In this document: piece after piece, positions 52,826 through 64,000 of the stretch
Numbering within the stretch: the first letter of the stretch is position 1
Layout of the letters: each line of letters begins with the position of its first letter
Source: Octopus bimaculoides
Taxonomy: Eukaryota
Assembly: GCF_001194135.2 (NCBI RefSeq)
Contig: NC_068998.1
Location: 44,216,174 to 44,280,173, forward strand
Reading direction: 5' to 3'
Length of the DNA: 64,000 bases
Notes under the pieces: generated by a model
What the model saw: the letters and a program-made list of their open reading frames with translations, nothing else
What the model was told of the DNA's origin: nothing
The model's database searches: none
Made by a program: the position numbers and the translations under genes

Positions 52826-52890
52826 GTACTATGAAAATAGGTACGAAGATACCGAAATGTTAAGAAAAATAATTATTGATATTAAACGTT
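52826..52890 (+). CDS. Putative internal coding exon (65 nt): YYENRYEDTEMLRKIIIDIKR
   Basis: TCTCACAG acceptor, GTAAGT donor, only one open frame; phase 2 in, phase 1 out. No homology check possible. Confidence 0.42.
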
Positions 52891-54253
52891 GTAAGTTGTA
52901 GTTTAGAACAAAAGAGAGACAAAACACTGACTTGTCTTGAACCACGTATTCGTTAATTGGCATGTAACAGAATCGAAACTCAAATCTTGCCAGTAAAACT
53001 GTTTCTCTTCTTTTGCTCAAACTGATTCTCGAAGATACTGCTCCAGAATAGTCATTGTCTATCATCAAAAACCATTTAAAAAAAAGTAATCATTGAAATA
53101 TTTGAATATCTAAATTCACAACTGATTTCGTTTTTATTAACAAAATAAATTGGGCCATGTTCAAACCATGCAAGTCTAATAAATTTAGCAGTGCAAGTGT
53201 AATCAAAAGGAAGTATTCTGATCCAAGTATCCAAGTTGAATTGAACCCAGTCAAGTAACCCTCCCCACCAAAATAATAACATCTTCTCTATTATAAAATG
53301 ATCATATGAATAGCTCCATGTTATATCTGTCTCATTGATCCAGTGTTGATCCAATACTATAACCTAGAACATAATAAAGCACTCACCAGTTCTCAGGTAT
53401 AAACTATGAATAGCATTGTCACAGATTTATTTCACAATTTACATAGAACTGTACCAAACAGGATATTTTGTTTATTTATTTCTCTCATTAATTAGAAATT
53501 ATGTAAACATGCAATTAATTACATAATTTGCTTCATCACAATACATATGTAGATATTGTATGCTGCAATTCGAGAGTGAAAATATACACTTGTTTATTTA
53601 TCTGGATATATTACAAACTCATTCTTTCAGTTTATTTCATAGAGACACATGTCATAGCCCAAACTAATTTTTAATTGATTGTAGAGCTCTGTCAGTGAAT
53701 AAACACGTCCATTAGACTAATTAAGACATGGCTTGTTAGGGTCATATGAGTCAGCTTACAATTCTCATACACACACACTGTTATGTATATATTATTAATA
53801 ATATGAATATATATTATTAATAATGAGTTATAGGGATCAAGTGCACTACAGAATGCAGCAGTAAGTCAAGTGAAGAAAGACAGCAATGCTAATCAAAAGG
53901 GCATGCACAGAACGCAGGAAAATAAGCATTAAAAGAACCATAAAGAGGAACGGGTGTATAGACATGTTTGGACTAGTGTTGGAGAATTTAAGGAAGCATG
54001 ATTTTTTGAAAGGTATGTGGATGTATGTGGATGTAAGTATAGTAGTATCGTTTTTATGATACATTATCTGATATATATATAAATGTTTTTAATTGTTTTT
54101 TTTTTTCATAATGCCAAAACAATGCAACTTATAAGAAATAATGCAAATCAATGGTTAATACTTTTATCTCGTATTTCAATATTCCATCGACCTGTATTAT
54201 TTATTTTAACTTGCATTGTTTTGGCATTATAAAAAAAAATATTAAAAATATTC

Positions 54254-54320
<67 letters not shown>

Positions 54321-54770
54321 ATTAAGCATACATGTATGTATATGAAGTTATCTGGTTGCTGCTTGGTTGGCATGGCCACAAGTTGCACGCAGTTTGATGC
54401 AGTGACTGCAGAGATAGCAGAGGAGGAAACCATGTTGCAGTACAGTCAAAAGAACATTCATTAGTAGCATTATTGCTGCTCATAACCACTGGGAAGAATG
54501 CAATACAGTTGAGAGCTGCTGAAATCAATGTAATCTCCTGTCAGCTCCCGAGGAAAATAATGTCTCTCAATACAATCTCCATATAAAATACAGAAATACT
54601 TAAGTAGAAGGATAGATAAACACAAATTAGGGTTGCTATATATATATTTACCTGAAGCACAAAAAAAAAACAGGATTAAGAGTAAATGTACGTAAGGAAA
54701 GTATGTGATGCCTTATCTTGACAGCTGTTTCAGGAAGCCTAGAATTTATACAATAATCATCATTTGCAAG

Positions 54771-54829
54771 CAATATATGCAAAAAGTCACAATCATGCAG
54801 CTGGTGACCAGTCCAGTGAAGTTACTGCA
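54771..54829 (+). CDS. Putative internal coding exon (59 nt): (S)IYAKSHNHAAGDQSSEVTA
   Basis: TTTGCAAG acceptor (weak), GTAAGT donor; phase 1 in and 0 out fits both neighbouring candidates. An alternative acceptor exists at 54743. Confidence 0.35.
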
Positions 54830-55149
54830 GTAAGTCCTGTTCCCCTTTCCTAGGGAAGTTTGTTTGTCTACTTACTTTACTATCTCCATATCAGCTCGAT
54901 TTGGATTTCTGCTACAACCACTCTTGATTCTGTAGATTTTTGCCCTGAATAATATAGAAATTAAGTTCTAATTCATTTTAGCACTACTATGAGTTTTCTA
55001 ATACTGAACTTATTCAGCTTTCACATACTGAATGAAATACTTCAGTAAATGTAAATATACCTCTGTCTCTGTTGGTGCTGATTGTTCAGTGATTCATTCA
55101 ACTGAAAACGCTGCTCATTGAATTAGAGAGGAAGTGGCTGGGTATTCCA

Positions 55150-55203
<54 letters not shown>

Positions 55204-55499
55204 CCTTATAACATTCAATTGTAGTCAGTGTGACACAGTGGTGTGTGACATGGTTGGATCTTTGACACACTCTGGGCACAATCCATTCTATGGGCTTCCA
55301 ATCAGCTTTGGTCTATTCACTAATAAAGCTTGGTTGATGGAAGGCTATGATAAATGAATCTTGACCAAGTCATCACAGGGAGATTGAACCCAGGATCTTG
55401 TGATCCCAAATCAGATTTCCTTTCTATTTTTTCCCTCTCTACATATATATATGACAATATATATATGACTGACAATGGGATTCCACCTAGAAAGTTACA

Positions 55500-55783
55500 C
55501 TCTAAGGCACAATTCCGGGCAAACTTGTTTTATGGAAGACCAGCAGACACCCATACATACCAGACTCCCCTCTCCATGCCACTGATGTTATCCAAGAGAA
55601 AGGCAAAGGCCAATACAGCTTCATGTCAGTGATGTTGCAACTCATTTCTACAGCTGAGTGAATTGGAGCAACATTAAAAGAAAGTGTCTTGCTCAGAAAC
55701 ACAACACAGAGCCCAGTCCATGAATCAAACTCACCATGACATGACTGCAAACCCAATGCTCTAACCACTGGGCCATGTGACTT
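55500..55783 (-). mobile_element. SINE family D copy
   Basis: CTCTAACCACTGGGCCATGTG (reverse A-box); GAAAGTGTCTTGCTCAGAAACACAAC CORE-like block. Confidence 0.8.
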
Positions 55784-55815
55784 CACATAAATACACGCAC
55801 ACACACACATGAATA

Positions 55816-55858
<43 letters not shown>

Positions 55859-56212
55859 AAATAGTAAATGAGTATATGCATATATACGTACAGGTATGTG
55901 CATACCGACATCCACCTGTATGTATAGGTGCATATCTGGGTACAGGACATTGCAAACAAACGTAGACGAGAACACACGAGCCACATAGAGAACATTCTCC
56001 TTCATCAGCCACCCACGTTTTAACACTGGCGTTTCGACGAGCTTGGGCAGGACGCATCGCTAAAACGGCTCGTCCCATGGATCGCAGATTAAATTTGAAT
56101 GGAGAAATTATGCAAAATGTAAAAGTGGACGATGTCTAAAGCACCAGCACAGTTTCTATTACCTGTTATTATCTGTAGATTGCAGGAACTTCATATTGGT
56201 GGTTGAGGTAAC

Positions 56213-56438
56213 AGTATTAATAACATGGATGGAAAAAAGACATTTTATTTAGTACGACACATGTTTTGACCCATTCTGGGTCTCTTTGGGTATGATGGAC
56301 ATTTAGTGATATGTAAAATCGAAACTCTTGTGAGACTTTTTATTCTTTTATTTATTTATGTACCTAAAGAGACCCAGAACAGGTCGAAACATGTCATACT
56401 AAATAAAATCTTTTTTTTCCATCTATCCCATTAATACT
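56213..56438. mobile_element. Inverted pair of Penelope-like ends, each with a degenerate hammerhead motif
   Basis: Arms 56213-56292 and 56361-56438, about 80-85% identical; right arm GTAC-CTAAAGA-GACC-CAGAACA-GGTC-GAAA-CATGT-C-ATAC-TAAATAAA. Confidence 0.6.
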
Positions 56439-57359
56439 ATATATACATGTATATATGTATATATAAATATATATCTTATGTATTTCAGTCATTAAGATCA
56501 GGATGTTTTATTTGTGGTATTAATCAACTCATTAGAGATAGAATCTGTCAGCACTTTCTGTTATAGTTCTACTGCATCATGGTCAACATGGAGTTAAACA
56601 GTAACAACAACAACAACAACAACATTTATAATGAATAGATGGCAAAGGTCAGTGCTAGAAACAACAAGAATCCTGTTGAACTAATGAAGGAGTTTTTATA
56701 TGTTCACTTGACCTGCCAGAAATAGCAACTAAATTGCCCTTAAATTACACCATATTGTCCTAATTAAAGGAAGACCGCTTTAGATATTGTAAGCTTGGAT
56801 ATATAAAAACATAAGATAATTATTATTTGTATGTCTTTTATTATAGTTAGGTCTTGTGGATCAATGTTGACTTTAGGTTAATCAGCAACAACCATATTAG
56901 AAGCTCTGTATTATTAACAAATGTTTTTAGCTAGCTCCCCCCATTTTGTTTCATATGCTTCCCAACAGTGACCCTGCATCAGGATAGAAGGATGCAGTGA
57001 TCCCCCGAAGAGTAAATGAATCGTGGAACACCTTAATTCCCCGATAACAAATTTAGGTATAAGCTGTTAGCACTTGTAGCACTGATTCTCACTCACGTTC
57101 GTATATAGACATCTAGAGAGCGACATATACACAATCCAAGTCAAATTTCTTCATATCTATAACTAGTTCTAAGCTGTCAGGCATGACATTTTCTGCTAGC
57201 AACTTAACTAGGAGTTCTATAAATAATTTTAATTGGAAAATAAATACGAAAATGTAATTAAGTACTAATTCAAGAATTTAGTGATTGACAGAACATTTGT
57301 CTTGGAGCACTTTGCTAGATTTTGACTTCATTGCTTTTCTTGTAGTTTGTTAGATCTCA

Positions 57360-57710
57360 TCATTATGATGACTGTGGTGGCCATCCTTGTCATAACCATC
57401 ATTATTATTGTTTTTATTATTATCATTTATATCATCATTATTTACAACATCGCCGTTGTCATTATTTTGATTTTCATTCCATTATCATCAACGTTTTCAT
57501 CATTATCATCATCATCATAACTACCATTATTATCAGTATCCTAACACCACCATTAGCATCACTGTCATCATCATCTTCAGCATCATAATATGTCATTATT
57601 ATCAGTATCACCAACACCATCATTATCATCATCGCCATCATCATAATCATCATCCTCCATGTTGGAATCATCATCATCATCATTATTGCAATATAATATA
57701 ATCATTACAA
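57360..57710. repeat. (ATC/ATT)-rich low-complexity tract
   Basis: Direct reading. Confidence 0.9.
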
Positions 57711-57802
57711 TATCTGTGTTTAAGCAAGTTGACTTATAGCTGAACAAATGTAATCACTTAAGTCTGGTTTATACATCCATGTGATACCATGTTGATATAG
57801 AT

Positions 57803-58106
57803 CAGTGCTTCTCAAACTATCTGATGTGACATACCAGCAGGTTTTTTTTTTTCCATTGTGCCAGGGACTGGTAATATTTCTTAGTAATATTAATTTACAC
57901 CAGAAACAATATATATAACGAATATAATAAAAACTGACCATTTTTTTTATCTTATATTTATTTTGTAAACAAATAATACAATATTACATAAGCATTTTAT
58001 AAGCATTTTTCAAAGTTTCTTTCTTTTCTGGAAACTCTCCACATACCGGCAGCTGATGGTTCATGGATCAGCACCAGTCCGTGGACCACCACTATGAGTA
58101 GCCCTG
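57803..58106. mobile_element. hAT-type MITE (diverged)
   Basis: Ends CAGTGCTTCTCAAA / ATGAGTAGCCCTG; flanks ATATAGAT / ATGCAGAT match 6/8, a possible decayed TSD. Confidence 0.55.
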
Positions 58107-59744
58107 ATGCAGATGATAGTGATGGTGGTGCTCTTGATATTAATGATGGTGATAAAGATGCTGATTGTGATAATAATAATAATGATAATTTATAGAAAAT
58201 ATGACTGGTACATGGTGTTGAAACATAGACTAAGTGTGGTATATCTTCAGTGGAAATATGGTATGGAATCATATGTATATCTATGTAAGCATGTGTATGT
58301 ATCTATGTATGGCTAAGTGTGTGCCTGTGTATGTAACTGTATGTGTATATGCCTATGTGTTTTCTATATTTGTACATATGCATTTGTATATTATCTGTTA
58401 CATTTTCAAAGCTAATTTATCTGAATTTTATAACTATTTTTTGAATGCCAGCAATCCATTTGGTTAGTGTTTATTTCTGTAGTTACCATTCCAATAAGGC
58501 AATGAACTGTTGCTGTTCTCCTGGATAGGTAACTAGACTATCACAGGAAAAATTAAATACAGCACAAAAGTCAAAATTATTTACAGATTGTTAGATCTTA
58601 AGTTGCTGCTCCTTATAGCAGTAATCAATACAACATTATAGGACCTACTTACAGCCTAGTAGACTGAGTCGTTGATATTAGAGGGTCTCAGTTACAGTTG
58701 TAGTGTCAGAACATGAACTGTCGGCTTTTTACTGACTAAATATATAAGGCATTAACAACAACCATGAGACAGGTGCAGGGCTGGATTAAGGTCCATAGAA
58801 GCTAGTGCTCGCATACATATGTAATTCAAAATTTAAACAATAATAAACCATGACATAAAAATTCATTTTCCGAAATGAAGCAAAACTAACAGTAAGATGG
58901 AAAATAATGTTCTGTTTTGTTTTTTTTTTGTATACTTCCTCTTCATTTATATTTGAAAAGTTTTCTCCTTTTTTTTTTAATTGCAAAGTCTTTGATTAGA
59001 TCCTCCCTATGATATGATAAACACTTCGAAATTATATTTCTGATCATATAAGTAACTTCAAATATCTTTTTAGAAAGTTTTACAATAATTTCTTTTGTGT
59101 CATAAACCATTTACCATTTCTGTGATGCCTTCCTTCCCTTCATGCCACATGTTTATTTTGCTTAATGGTTAATCCAGTGCTGGACAGGTGTGAGCAACAG
59201 GATTTCTGTGGAACATGCTTACTGAGCAATGTTAAGTAAATGATTCTGTCAGCTTGTTTGTCACTTTTTAATTGTCTGAAATTGTAATATCTCATATCTT
59301 TAATATATTTTGTTGTTTTGATACCAATTCATCATGAAACCAACTCTAATTCCATTTTGCTATTTAATTAAAACCTGCCATCTCAATTCTATGAAACAAA
59401 CTTTTTTATCAAATTACGTTCCTAATGACTAATATGAGTGGGTTGTTATGCAACCTCTTGATTAAATTCAATAATTAACTGAAAAATATTAGATAAACAT
59501 TATTATTTTGTTAGAAATACTGTCACAAAAAAGGTTAACTATCAAATATAATTTATATTAACAGCATTTCAACAGTTAATTCATAATTTGATTCAAGATG
59601 TTAATTCTTGTTCCAAACTCCTGAACTAAAGTGGACATTAAATGGATAACCTATCCAGCTTTGACGAAGTGACTGATGAATTAATTTATCAGGATAAAGC
59701 AGTACAGATAAACTTAAAATACTTAATTTGAATAACATCTAGTG

Positions 59745-60095
59745 CAGTGGTTCCCTATTCAGATCCATATGTCCCTTGGAGGTTCATATAAAATGTTGTC
59801 GTAAAAATTTATCTCCAATAAATTGCTTATACCTCTACTGCACTCAAAATATTAAAATTTTATTTACAGTTTCTGATAATATTTAACTAGAAAAATACTG
59901 TAGGATTTTTTTGGAGCCTGGTGCATCCTTCTGACTTGCCAGCCCTCAGTTAAACCATCCAACCCATGTCAGCATGGAAGCAGACATTAAATGACAATGA
60001 TGATGATGGTGATACATTTGAATGACTCTGGAGGTCTGGTAGAATGAAATAGGAACCAAGGGGGTCCAAAGGCCAAAAATGGTTGAGAACTGCTG
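59745..60095. mobile_element. hAT-type MITE with a nested family C SINE 3' fragment (59915-60012)
   Basis: Ends CAGTGGTTCCC / GGTTGAGAACTGCTG; 8-bp TSD ATCTAGTG / ATCCAGTG; body similar to the ends of the 10551-11694 element. Confidence 0.8.
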
Positions 60096-60182
60096 ATCCA
60101 GTGTAATAGGTAACATGGTCACCTGACAGGTAATAGGTAGAGTAGGCCCTTTACTATTTTCAGGCTTAATATTCTGTACTTT

Positions 60183-60480
60183 ATTTTCTACTCTAGGCAC
60201 AAGACCCGAAATTTTGGGGGTGGAGACCAGTCGATTAGATTGACCCCAATACACAACTGGTACTTAATTTATCGACCCTGAAAGGATAAAAGGCAAAGTC
60301 AAGCTCTGCGGAATTTGAACTCAAAACCTAAAGATAGAGTTCAAATTCCACTGAGGTCAACTTTGCCTTTCATCCTTTCGAGGTCGATAAATTAAGTACC
60401 AGTTGTGTACTGGGTCGATATAATCGACTAGCCCCTGCCCCCAAAATTTCAGGCCTTGTGCCTAGAATAGGAAAGAATAT
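60183..60480. mobile_element. Head-to-head fusion of two family A SINE 3' halves
   Basis: 60183-60335 (-) abuts 60338-60480 (+); flanked by CTGTACTTT at 60174-60182 and 60482-60490. Confidence 0.85.
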
Positions 60481-61090
60481 ACTGTACTTTCTTATTTCTT
60501 CATTGCCCACAAGGGGCTAGACATAGAGGGGATAAACAAGGACAGACAAAGGGATTAAGTCAATTGCATCAACACCAGTACATAATTTCATAGAAATTTT
60601 GCTGGTATTTCTAGCAGTCTGAATGACAACATATATCTATCAGACAAGTATTTTCCACCACATTGTTTTGCTTTGTTGCCTTCATGAGGTTCAACATCAG
60701 GATTTGAACCAAAATTGTTCCAATAATGGCAACCCCAATCGTTTTCTTTTCAAGCATGGTGCATCTACGTACCATATTATACAATGTAGCCTTCGCTTTT
60801 TAAAATCAGTATGATATAATCTGAGGGTGATTTGGCTGTCATTTCTGCCATTTAGTAGCATATTCATTCTCTTGATTGTTCAAGTGTTGAATTGTAACAT
60901 GGGCTAGTGAAAAGTTAGGACATTGACCACACTTTCACAAAAATATAGCATGAATAAAAGGATATAATCCATCAAAGATTATTGAGTTGGTGAGTCAAGA
61001 AGCTTTGATATAAGTCAGAGATTTACAAACATACCAAAACATAAATTGTATAGAAGGTTAAGGTTAATGAATTTGATTTGTTACCTGCAG

Positions 61091-61147
61091 GAATTGGGAG
61101 CAGGAGGCAGTAGGGAGGAATTGAAAACATGTTTATATGAATTGAAG
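61091..61147 (+). CDS. Putative internal coding exon (57 nt): ELGAGGSREELKTCLYELK
   Basis: TTTGATTTGTTACCTGCAG acceptor, AAG/GTATTC donor, purine-rich, single open frame, phase 0/0. Confidence 0.45.
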
Positions 61148-61211
61148 GTATTCTTTTAAAAGATTTTGTCATTCCTTGTTGAAGTTCTTATCTTCTCTCT
61201 TGTTCACTCTT

Positions 61212-61253
<42 letters not shown>

Positions 61254-61446
61254 TATTTTAAATGATTCTAGATTTCATTTTGTTGGATGATTCACTTAGG
61301 AATTCCAGCCAGGAATACACAGACAGACAGATACACATACACCCACATGAACAAGCAGTCTTGAGAAATGTAACAATAGATTATATTATATTAATGTTAC
61401 TTTACATAGACATACAACTCACATGCATATATATATCATCGTTATC

Positions 61447-61526
<80 letters not shown>

Positions 61527-61629
61527 ATCAAAAAAACGGAGGAAAAAAACAAAAGAAAACAACAACGTAAGGATGTGGTACATGCAAAGTATTAATAAGA
61601 CACTAAGGGAAGAAAAACAAAGGCTGTTT

Positions 61630-61656
61630 TACATTTCGAGTAAAGCTCTTTTTCAG
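61630..61656 (-). mobile_element. Penelope-like hammerhead remnant
   Basis: Minus strand CTGAAAA-AGAG-CTTTA-CTC-GAAA-TGT-A, next to a (TA)n tract. Confidence 0.4.
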
Positions 61657-61996
61657 AATTAGAAGGCAGAGGAAAGTCCAAAAGAAAAGGAAGACAGAGG
61701 GAAAAAATCACCAACAATCCATATGTAATTACACGCACACATATATATACACATATATCATTAACAACATATACTCAATGTAAATACTTTATGTTTTTGC
61801 CAATGGACTGCTATTGGCTCGGTGGAGTATATACTTTTTCAAAGTGTTAGGTATAGAGTGTATATTCTACTGTGCCAATAGTAGCCCACTGGCAAATACA
61901 CAAAGCATATATGTTAAGACTATGTGGTTAATGTTATTTATTATACTTGAGCTGTTACTATTTCACATTTAAATATATATATACACACACACACAT

Positions 61997-62038
<42 letters not shown>

Positions 62039-62102
62039 TCACTCATATACATTATAGATAAAAATTTGCCATAAAATATAGAGATTTTTATCTCACCATC
62101 TT

Positions 62103-62138
<36 letters not shown>

Positions 62139-62214
62139 CATCATCATCATCATCAAAGCAGTGATACTTTGTAGGCACTACAATGATAAATGTTGAGCAT
62201 TAGAAGTTAATTGA

Positions 62215-62433
62215 ATATTCTTTTCTACTCTAAGCACAGGGCTCGAAATTTTGGGGGAGGGGACCAGTCGATTAGATTGAACCCAGTACACAACTGGTAC
62301 TCAATTTCTTGATCCCAAAAGGATAAAAGGCAAAGTCGACCTTGGTGGAATTTGAACTCAGAACATAAAGACAGATGAAATACCGCTAAGCATTTCGCCC
62401 AGTGTGTTTTCATTTCTGCCAGCTCGCCACCTT
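62215..62433 (-). mobile_element. SINE family A copy (near full length)
   Basis: TTTTCTACTCTAAGCACAGG...GGAATTTGAACTCAGAAC...CTGCCAGCTCGCCACC. Confidence 0.9.
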
Positions 62434-63282
62434 AGGAGTTAATTGAATATTACATTAGAACAGGTGAAATTGCATGCAGGCATTATAGTATGCATCTGAG
62501 TTCAATCTCTAAAGTACCTTAGGCAAGTGCTTTGTATCAAAGCCTCGGGTCAACCCAAACCTTTTCATACACAGAAATTGTATGGAAACCTGTAAAATTG
62601 TGGGTAGTGGACTTAATTTCTTTGGCAGAATCCAGTCTGTTGCAAATCTTTGAACTATATCACCAGTCAGAATATAACTAGATATATCGATACACTGCTT
62701 TCTACTTTCGTAACAAATGACTCCTGCTTCCTCACAGAGCCCTTTAAATGATGGTGACTGATAAACCTGCCTTCACAAATTATCGATAATAAGGAATGGT
62801 GATGTACAAGCATAGATACATAAACATCAGTGTTATGAGAAGGCAGAATTCAATTATGTAACAGACATGGTGGAGTTTTAAAAAAATATAGTGATCATGA
62901 TGATACTCATGATGTGTTTCTTGGTATGTTGTATTAAAAACATGATTATATTTAACATTTATCTTTTTTGTGAAGATTTTCTTTCATATTTCATGGAAAT
63001 TTTTTTTTACAGTTTCCATGGAACAGTAAAGTTCTTTAAAATGTAAGATTAAAAGAATTTTACTAATCCAACTATATCATCATCATCGTCATCTTTGTGT
63101 CTGCTTTTTCTTGCTGGCATTGGTTGGTGGGTCTCACACACATTCACACTCATACATATGTGCACACACACACACACACATACTTTTATATATAGACTGC
63201 ATATATAGACTCACATATACCCACCCTTTGTCCATATTACGTTATACAAAATACACAAGCATTATGTTTAATAATCTTTCAG

Positions 63283-63472
63283 AATCAGGACATATTCAGG
63301 TAAACAAAAGGAATATGAAACAATTAATTATATGAAAGTTTACATTTTTTTTTTCCTCTGTTGTCTTTTGTTTTCTCTTTTGATGTATTTCTGCATTATG
63401 GCTTTTGCTTTGAAATACAGACAGTCTAAAGTTTTGGACAAATCTTCAGATAAAGAAACCTCAAAAATTTAA
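63283..63472 (+). CDS. Possible micro-exon (63283-63299) plus terminal exon (63421-63472): NQDIFR-QSKVLDKSSDKETSKI*
   Basis: TCTTTCAG / GTAAAC around 17 nt; long polypyrimidine tract and TACAG before 63421; phases continue from 61147. Confidence 0.2.
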
Positions 63473-64000
63473 AAGAAGAATGAAAATTTAATCAACAGCA
63501 AAAATGTTTGATTTTACTCTACTTCAATTTTTGCTTTATTGAAACAAAGAAAAAAAAAGAAATAAAAGGAAAATATGGAGCGACAAACTGAAGCATGGTA
63601 AAATTGCACTACAGCTATGATGTCAATAAGATTTCAAGATGGATACCAGATGTGAAGGAGTGCAGTGAGATGCAGTAAAGAGAACTGCATGCATTAGTGT
63701 GAGAGCCTGCAGATTGATACAAACCTTCGATGCGATGTGAGTGGTTCCGGAGTTTCACACCCATCAGTCACAACAGTCGATGGGTGTGAACCTCTAGAAA
63801 ATCTCACATTGGTCTTTCACCAACCAACAATGAAAGCGCTTAAAGAACTCCATGTTTCCAGCCTGCAATCCTGCCAGATAGACACACAATCATAGGATGG
63901 AAAGAGCTTTTTTTTTTTTTTTTTTAATAACAGCAACAAATAGAAAACTTGTTTATTTTATGTGTGTGGTTGTGTGTATATACATATATAGTGTATATAT

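Noticed and set aside
53076-53354. Trp-rich 92-aa minus-strand ORF
   Set aside because: No recognisable domain, no good donor, and it runs into a T tract; it lies antisense in the putative intron.
56940-57060. CR1/L2-like RT C-terminal remnant (RRVNESWNTLIP)
   Set aside because: Similarity is too short to support a call without a search.

Overview
AT-rich, repeat-saturated animal DNA from a gapped draft assembly with 8 N-gaps, five of them abutting (TA)n tracts. The SINE and microsatellite content points to an octopod cephalopod (inference, not database-confirmed). Most of the window is microsatellite, about five recurrent SINE-like families (A-E, my labels), hAT-type MITEs (one with a perfect 8-bp TSD), two Tc1/mariner transposase remnants and Penelope-like fragments. 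Nearly all ORFs in the supplied track are microsatellite or gap artefacts. No complete gene, true tRNA, rRNA or CRISPR array is supportable. The best coding signal is a phase-consistent chain of short + strand candidate exons (52826-52890, 54771-54829, 61091-61147) of an unidentified gene. Most interesting observations: several degenerate minimal hammerhead-ribozyme motifs (best at 36271-36328, plus an inverted pair at 56213-56438); a hAT MITE carrying a copy of neighbouring DNA (10551-11694); a head-to-head SINE fusion inside one 9-bp direct repeat (60174-60490); and several long hairpins that could form dsRNA. I found no evidence of a complete novel system; these are leads to test.
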